From a virus (lineage: Duplodnaviria; Caudoviricetes), in IMG/VR virus record IMGVR_UViG_3300032246_001650, positions 1 to 53,245 of that record: a stretch of 53,245 nucleotides of DNA. One strand, written 5' to 3'. Shown here piece after piece: positions 49,413 to 53,245 of this stretch; positions within the stretch are counted from its first letter, which is position 1, and each line of letters begins with the position of its first letter. The position numbers were made by a program, and so were the translations under genes. The notes below the pieces were generated by a model, which saw only the letters and a program-made list of their open reading frames with translations, was not told the DNA's origin and made no database searches.

Positions 49413-50769
49413 AATATTATTTACAATATTAGTATTGGGCCTATTCTCGAATGGATGGGCCCAAACTTTTAATTATTCATATATTGATCCTTGTACTAAG
49501 GATATAAAATATATCACAGCAGATATGTCTAGTCCTATAGTTATTGCTTATTATGGACAAGTACAAACCTTTAATTATACTCAATTATATGATGGTTCAT
49601 TTGACGCTTGGATGAATAATATTTATAATCAGTACAAGACTACTTCTCCCTGTCAAGGTGCTGTAGCTACTACTACAACTACAAACTCAACAAACCAAGT
49701 TTCTAGTATAATATCTAATGTTACTAATTTAATTAACTTAGATTTTTCAGGAATTGGAGGGGCAAGTGTTAATGTAGGAGGTACTACATCAGCTGGAACT
49801 AATATAACAACTAATAATAAAAAAGATGGAAATAGTACTGATAACAATTCTGGGGGCGATAATAGTAGTAATGGATCTTCAAATTCAAAAGAAGAAGGAC
49901 AAACAGGACAAAATGGAGGAAATCCACCAGAAAATCAAAGCGGGTCTGGATCCTCAGGAAATGGAGGGGTAAATGGAAATGGTAATAATAGCTCTTCTAG
50001 TAATAATAGGAACAGTGATAACCAGTCTTCAGAGAATCAACAAGCTACTAGCGAACAAAACAAAGCTAAAGAAGACCAACAATCAACTACCAACCAACAA
50101 ACAACTAAATCTACTTCAAAAGCTAAAACAGAAGTTCAAAAACCTGCTATTTTAGTAACAGGAGATATTGTTGGGATTCAAAATAAATCAAATGGTTCTC
50201 AAGACGCTAGAGGCACCATGTCCTTTACTAAGGTAAAAGGAGATGGAACCGCTTCTTTAGGTTTATCAGCAGATTATATGCTTAATGCTAAAATAGGAAA
50301 TGTTACCGCTATACGTTCTTGGATTGGGGTTAATCAAAAAGGCAATAAACATATTAATGTAACTTCAGGTGGAATCAGTTTTTTACCTAAATCTTTTACA
50401 ACCACAGCAATGCTTGTAAGAGTAAATTCAATTAAAGACTTTACTGCCATTTATGGCACGGCAGGAACATATGGTTCCTTATATGGGGAAGAAATGATAT
50501 CTACTATGATGATTGGTGGTTTTATGTATAAAGGAAATTTAACTAAATCTTTATATGCAACATTAATTATGGCTGGTGTCTATACACCTTATCAAAAGTT
50601 CTATACCGAATCACTTTTTAAATCTAAACCTGTTGTCGTTCCGTTTTTAAACCTTAACTATAAATTAACTAAAACGTTTGGTATAGGATTAACAGCTGGT
50701 GGTACTTATATAGCAGGTCAAGATATTCTTAATTATCAAATTTTAATGGGAGCAAAATTACTATTATGA
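49387..50769 (+). CDS. Secreted protein with Asn/Gly/Ser-rich linker and probable C-terminal beta-barrel
   Basis: Signal peptide, low-complexity middle, alternating amphipathic strands at the C-terminus. Confidence 0.6.
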   Translation: MQKVYLNLKILFTILVLGLFSNGWAQTFNYSYIDPCTKDIKYITADMSSPIVIAYYGQVQTFNYTQLYDGSFDAWMNNIYNQYKTTSPCQGAVATTTTTNSTNQVSSIISNVTNLINLDFSGIGGASVNVGGTTSAGTNITTNNKKDGNSTDNNSGGDNSSNGSSNSKEEGQTGQNGGNPPENQSGSGSSGNGGVNGNGNNSSSSNNRNSDNQSSENQQATSEQNKAKEDQQSTTNQQTTKSTSKAKTEVQKPAILVTGDIVGIQNKSNGSQDARGTMSFTKVKGDGTASLGLSADYMLNAKIGNVTAIRSWIGVNQKGNKHINVTSGGISFLPKSFTTTAMLVRVNSIKDFTAIYGTAGTYGSLYGEEMISTMMIGGFMYKGNLTKSLYATLIMAGVYTPYQKFYTESLFKSKPVVVPFLNLNYKLTKTFGIGLTAGGTYIAGQDILNYQILMGAKLLL

Positions 50770-51926
50770 GATACCTATTATTCTTTTTATTCTTTGTTAA
50801 TACTTTATATGGTCAAAATTTTACCCATAGTGGATATGTTTATAATAGTTTTGGAACAGGAATGAATAATGTTCCTGTTAAACTTTATATTTCTAGTAAA
50901 GGAGGAATGACTGGAACTTTATCTAAAATAACTTCAAATATTCCATCAGATAGAGGAAGAGGGACTACTGTTTTATATTCAACAGCTAATACAGATGAAA
51001 CATCAGTAGCTATTACTTTCCCTTCAGGATTTAGTCCTTCATTTGGAGGATCAACTTATACAAATGGTCATGTTAATGCTAACTCATGGTTTACTTTTGG
51101 AACAACTTCTAGTTCCGGATTTAATGGAAATGGTACTAGTCCTAATAAACCTACTATTCATATTGGTTCAGTAGATAATGGTTCAACAGATAATAATGTT
51201 TCTTATGTTTCAACTGAAAGTTATACAGATGCTACTTATGGAGATGTTTTTAGAGTAAGATATGAAGGTAACTGTAAATATAATCAAACAGGTGTAAACT
51301 ATATTTGGGATTTATATTTTATAAAATCACAACCTGATGTTCAATTAGTTATTTGGAGAACATTTACAGCAGATGGTTCAAACCAAGAACAAATGGGTAT
51401 TTCAAGTGGTAGTGCTTGGGTGTCTGTTAATTATATAACAGCAGGTACTTACTCAGGTACAAGTTGGAAAATACAAACCGGAGCTAGTAGTTCAGGATCA
51501 GCAACTTATAATTCAACAGTTTATACTAACAGTTCAGGTTATTATAGTTTTAGCACTGTATTGTCTACTTCTACCTATAACTTCAATATAACGTTAGATA
51601 CCATCTATCCTAAATCAAATAAAACACTTATCGACTTAAATAATTTAATACTTAAAAAACGAAATATAACAGGTATAGATTATTACATTTATGATTTAAA
51701 TAATAATAATCAATTTACTGTAGCTGATTTATATTTAGTTAAAAAAACAAATAAATCTTTAATATTTACTTCTTCTCAAATAACAAGTATAAATTCTACT
51801 ACAAGTAATCTTAAATCAACTTACTTAGGACTAGGAACATTTTCCTTTACAAATGTAAGTACAGGAGGAACATCTAATTTTTATTTAATTCCTTTAACTT
51901 TTCCAAATCAAATTATCACTTTTTAA
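50766..51926 (+). CDS. Secreted beta-rich protein with dockerin-like motif
   Basis: Signal peptide; YDLNNNNQFTVADL resembles the motif in the 46196 protein. Confidence 0.6.
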   Translation: MRYLLFFLFFVNTLYGQNFTHSGYVYNSFGTGMNNVPVKLYISSKGGMTGTLSKITSNIPSDRGRGTTVLYSTANTDETSVAITFPSGFSPSFGGSTYTNGHVNANSWFTFGTTSSSGFNGNGTSPNKPTIHIGSVDNGSTDNNVSYVSTESYTDATYGDVFRVRYEGNCKYNQTGVNYIWDLYFIKSQPDVQLVIWRTFTADGSNQEQMGISSGSAWVSVNYITAGTYSGTSWKIQTGASSSGSATYNSTVYTNSSGYYSFSTVLSTSTYNFNITLDTIYPKSNKTLIDLNNLILKKRNITGIDYYIYDLNNNNQFTVADLYLVKKTNKSLIFTSSQITSINSTTSNLKSTYLGLGTFSFTNVSTGGTSNFYLIPLTFPNQIITF

Positions 51927-51941
51927 TCATATTTATAACCG

Positions 51942-52394
51942 ATGTTAAGTTTATTATCTTCAGTATTGTTTTTATTACAACCTACTCCTATTAAGGTTCA
52001 TGTTTCTAATAACACTTCTATTCAAAAAATAGAAACAAGAGATGTTACCTTTGGAGTAAAAGAAACAGTTGAAGAAATTTTATCAAACCAAGGTTATAAC
52101 CCTGTTGCTGATACTGCTGAGGGGTTTGATGTTTGGGTTGATATTGATAGTATATATTCTCCTCAACAAATATTAAATATTTTTGGGATGCAATGGTTAC
52201 GAAAAGATTATGTTGTTGAAACTTCGATCTGTATAGGATCAGGTTGTTTCAATGGTAAAGGTGAAAGAAGAACTTTTATTTTTGCCGCGTTTTTAGATGT
52301 AGAAAATAATGAGGTTCCTTTGAACCGTAAAGCATTTTCTAAGGCTTTAGAAGCTAGTTTGCGTGAAACAGCAAAATTTAAAAACAAACAATAA
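51942..52394 (+). CDS. Secreted hypothetical protein (CsgG-like tail)
   Basis: Signal-like N-terminus; FGVKETVEE; FSKALEASL. Confidence 0.55.
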   Translation: MLSLLSSVLFLLQPTPIKVHVSNNTSIQKIETRDVTFGVKETVEEILSNQGYNPVADTAEGFDVWVDIDSIYSPQQILNIFGMQWLRKDYVVETSICIGSGCFNGKGERRTFIFAAFLDVENNEVPLNRKAFSKALEASLRETAKFKNKQ

Positions 52395-52395
52395 T

Positions 52396-52668
52396 ATGAA
52401 ACAATTTTTTAAAAATTTATTTGACGACAACAACACCATCAATGAAAAAGCAGTGGTAGGTTTTATTGCTTTTTTCTTTTTATGTGTAGCTCTTGTTGTT
52501 GATTTAGTAACAGGGTACATGGGTACTGCATTAGTAATTAACGAATTTATCTTTGATGGATTTATGGTAATCATTTTAGGTTCATTTGGTATCGCTTCGG
52601 TTGATAAATTTATGAACAAAAAATCTAGTACAAAAGAAGAAGAAAAATCTGAAGAAGAGGAAGGATAA
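52396..52668 (+). CDS. Putative holin
   Basis: Two TM helices, charged tail, immediately upstream of the endolysin. Confidence 0.6.
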   Translation: MKQFFKNLFDDNNTINEKAVVGFIAFFFLCVALVVDLVTGYMGTALVINEFIFDGFMVIILGSFGIASVDKFMNKKSSTKEEEKSEEEEG

Positions 52669-52670
52669 TT

Positions 52671-53245
52671 ATGTTATTAAAAAAAGGTGATAATAATGAG
52701 GACGTTAAAAAATTACAAATTAAATTAGGTGTAGAACCTATTGGTAATTTTGGTCCTAAAACAGAAGCTGCTGTTAAAGCTTGGCAAAAAGCAAATGGTT
52801 TGGAGGATGATGGAGTTGTTGGAGATGCTACTTGGAATAAAATCATGGGTGTTACTCCTGCTCCAGCAGTTGTAGTTGCTCCTTCTAGTTTTAAACTTGA
52901 TAAATTAAAAGGACATATTCCTGATTCTGTATTATCTCAAATTCCAGATACTGCTGCTAAATTTAATATTACTAATCCTTTAAGATTAGCTCATTTTTTA
53001 GCTCAATGCGGTCATGAATCTGGAGGTTGGAGAGCAACTTCAGAAAATTTAAATTATTCTTCAAAAGGTTTAATGGGTATCTTCCCTAGATATTTTACTC
53101 CTGCTTTAGCAGAACAATACGCTCGTAAACCTGAAGCTATTGCTTCTCGTGTTTATGGAGGTAGAATGGGTAATGGTGCTGAAGCTACTAAAGAAGGATA
53201 TAAATTTAGAGGTAGAGGATATATTCAATTAACAGGAAAAGATAA
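52671..53245 (+). CDS. Endolysin: peptidoglycan-binding domain + glycoside hydrolase 19 (truncated by window end)
   Basis: LKKGD..EDVKKLQ..FGPKTEAAVKAWQ..GL..DGVVG; AHFLAQCGHESG, ENLNYS, YGGRMGN, FRGRGYIQLTG. Confidence 0.92.
   Translation, partial: MLLKKGDNNEDVKKLQIKLGVEPIGNFGPKTEAAVKAWQKANGLEDDGVVGDATWNKIMGVTPAPAVVVAPSSFKLDKLKGHIPDSVLSQIPDTAAKFNITNPLRLAHFLAQCGHESGGWRATSENLNYSSKGLMGIFPRYFTPALAEQYARKPEAIASRVYGGRMGNGAEATKEGYKFRGRGYIQLTGKD

Noticed and set aside
49800-50130. Asn/Gly/Ser/Gln low-complexity tract as a curli-like amyloid subunit
   Set aside because: It lacks regular curlin repeats and is more simply a disordered linker.
533-52846. Minus-strand and nested ORFs in the track (e.g. 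533, 3265, 6661, 9187, 29294, 34807, 43844, 44189, 52625)
   Set aside because: They are shadows of well-supported + strand genes, with no motifs and no promoter context.

Overview
AT-rich, almost entirely +-strand segment of a large lytic (jumbo-type) bacteriophage that most likely infects a Bacteroidota/Flavobacteriia host. The host call rests on ~30 TTTG-N~20-TATATTTA promoters matching the Bacteroidota -33/-7 architecture and on T9SS C-terminal sorting domains. 1-15 kb holds nucleotide, NAD and RNA-repair genes: thyA, a Prs-like + NDT-like + Nampt-like NAD module, a CCA-adding enzyme, a PNK-like kinase and an RNA ligase, interspersed with homing endonucleases. 16-31 kb is a hyperplastic array of small promoter-led cassettes. 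31-38 kb carries RadA-like and MoxR-like ATPases, a vWA protein and DUF932. 39-45 kb is a 25-tRNA cluster covering all 20 amino acids, with interspersed structured RNAs. 46-53 kb has secreted/outer-membrane proteins, a holin and a GH19 endolysin truncated by the window end. The most notable signals are: (1) four covarying stem-ACAGCAA small RNAs, one displaying an exact tRNA-Lys anticodon loop, directly upstream of a DUF2828 (Ro60/TROVE-like, vWA) gene; (2) a dispersed family of tRNA-Leu-like RNAs with fixed acceptor/T arms and scrambled anticodon domains; (3) a leader-peptide attenuator plus boxA sites in front of the tRNA array; (4) two homing endonucleases that each left an orphan gene start and are followed by a full gene copy with a replacement start. 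All family assignments are by motif recognition only; no searches were run.
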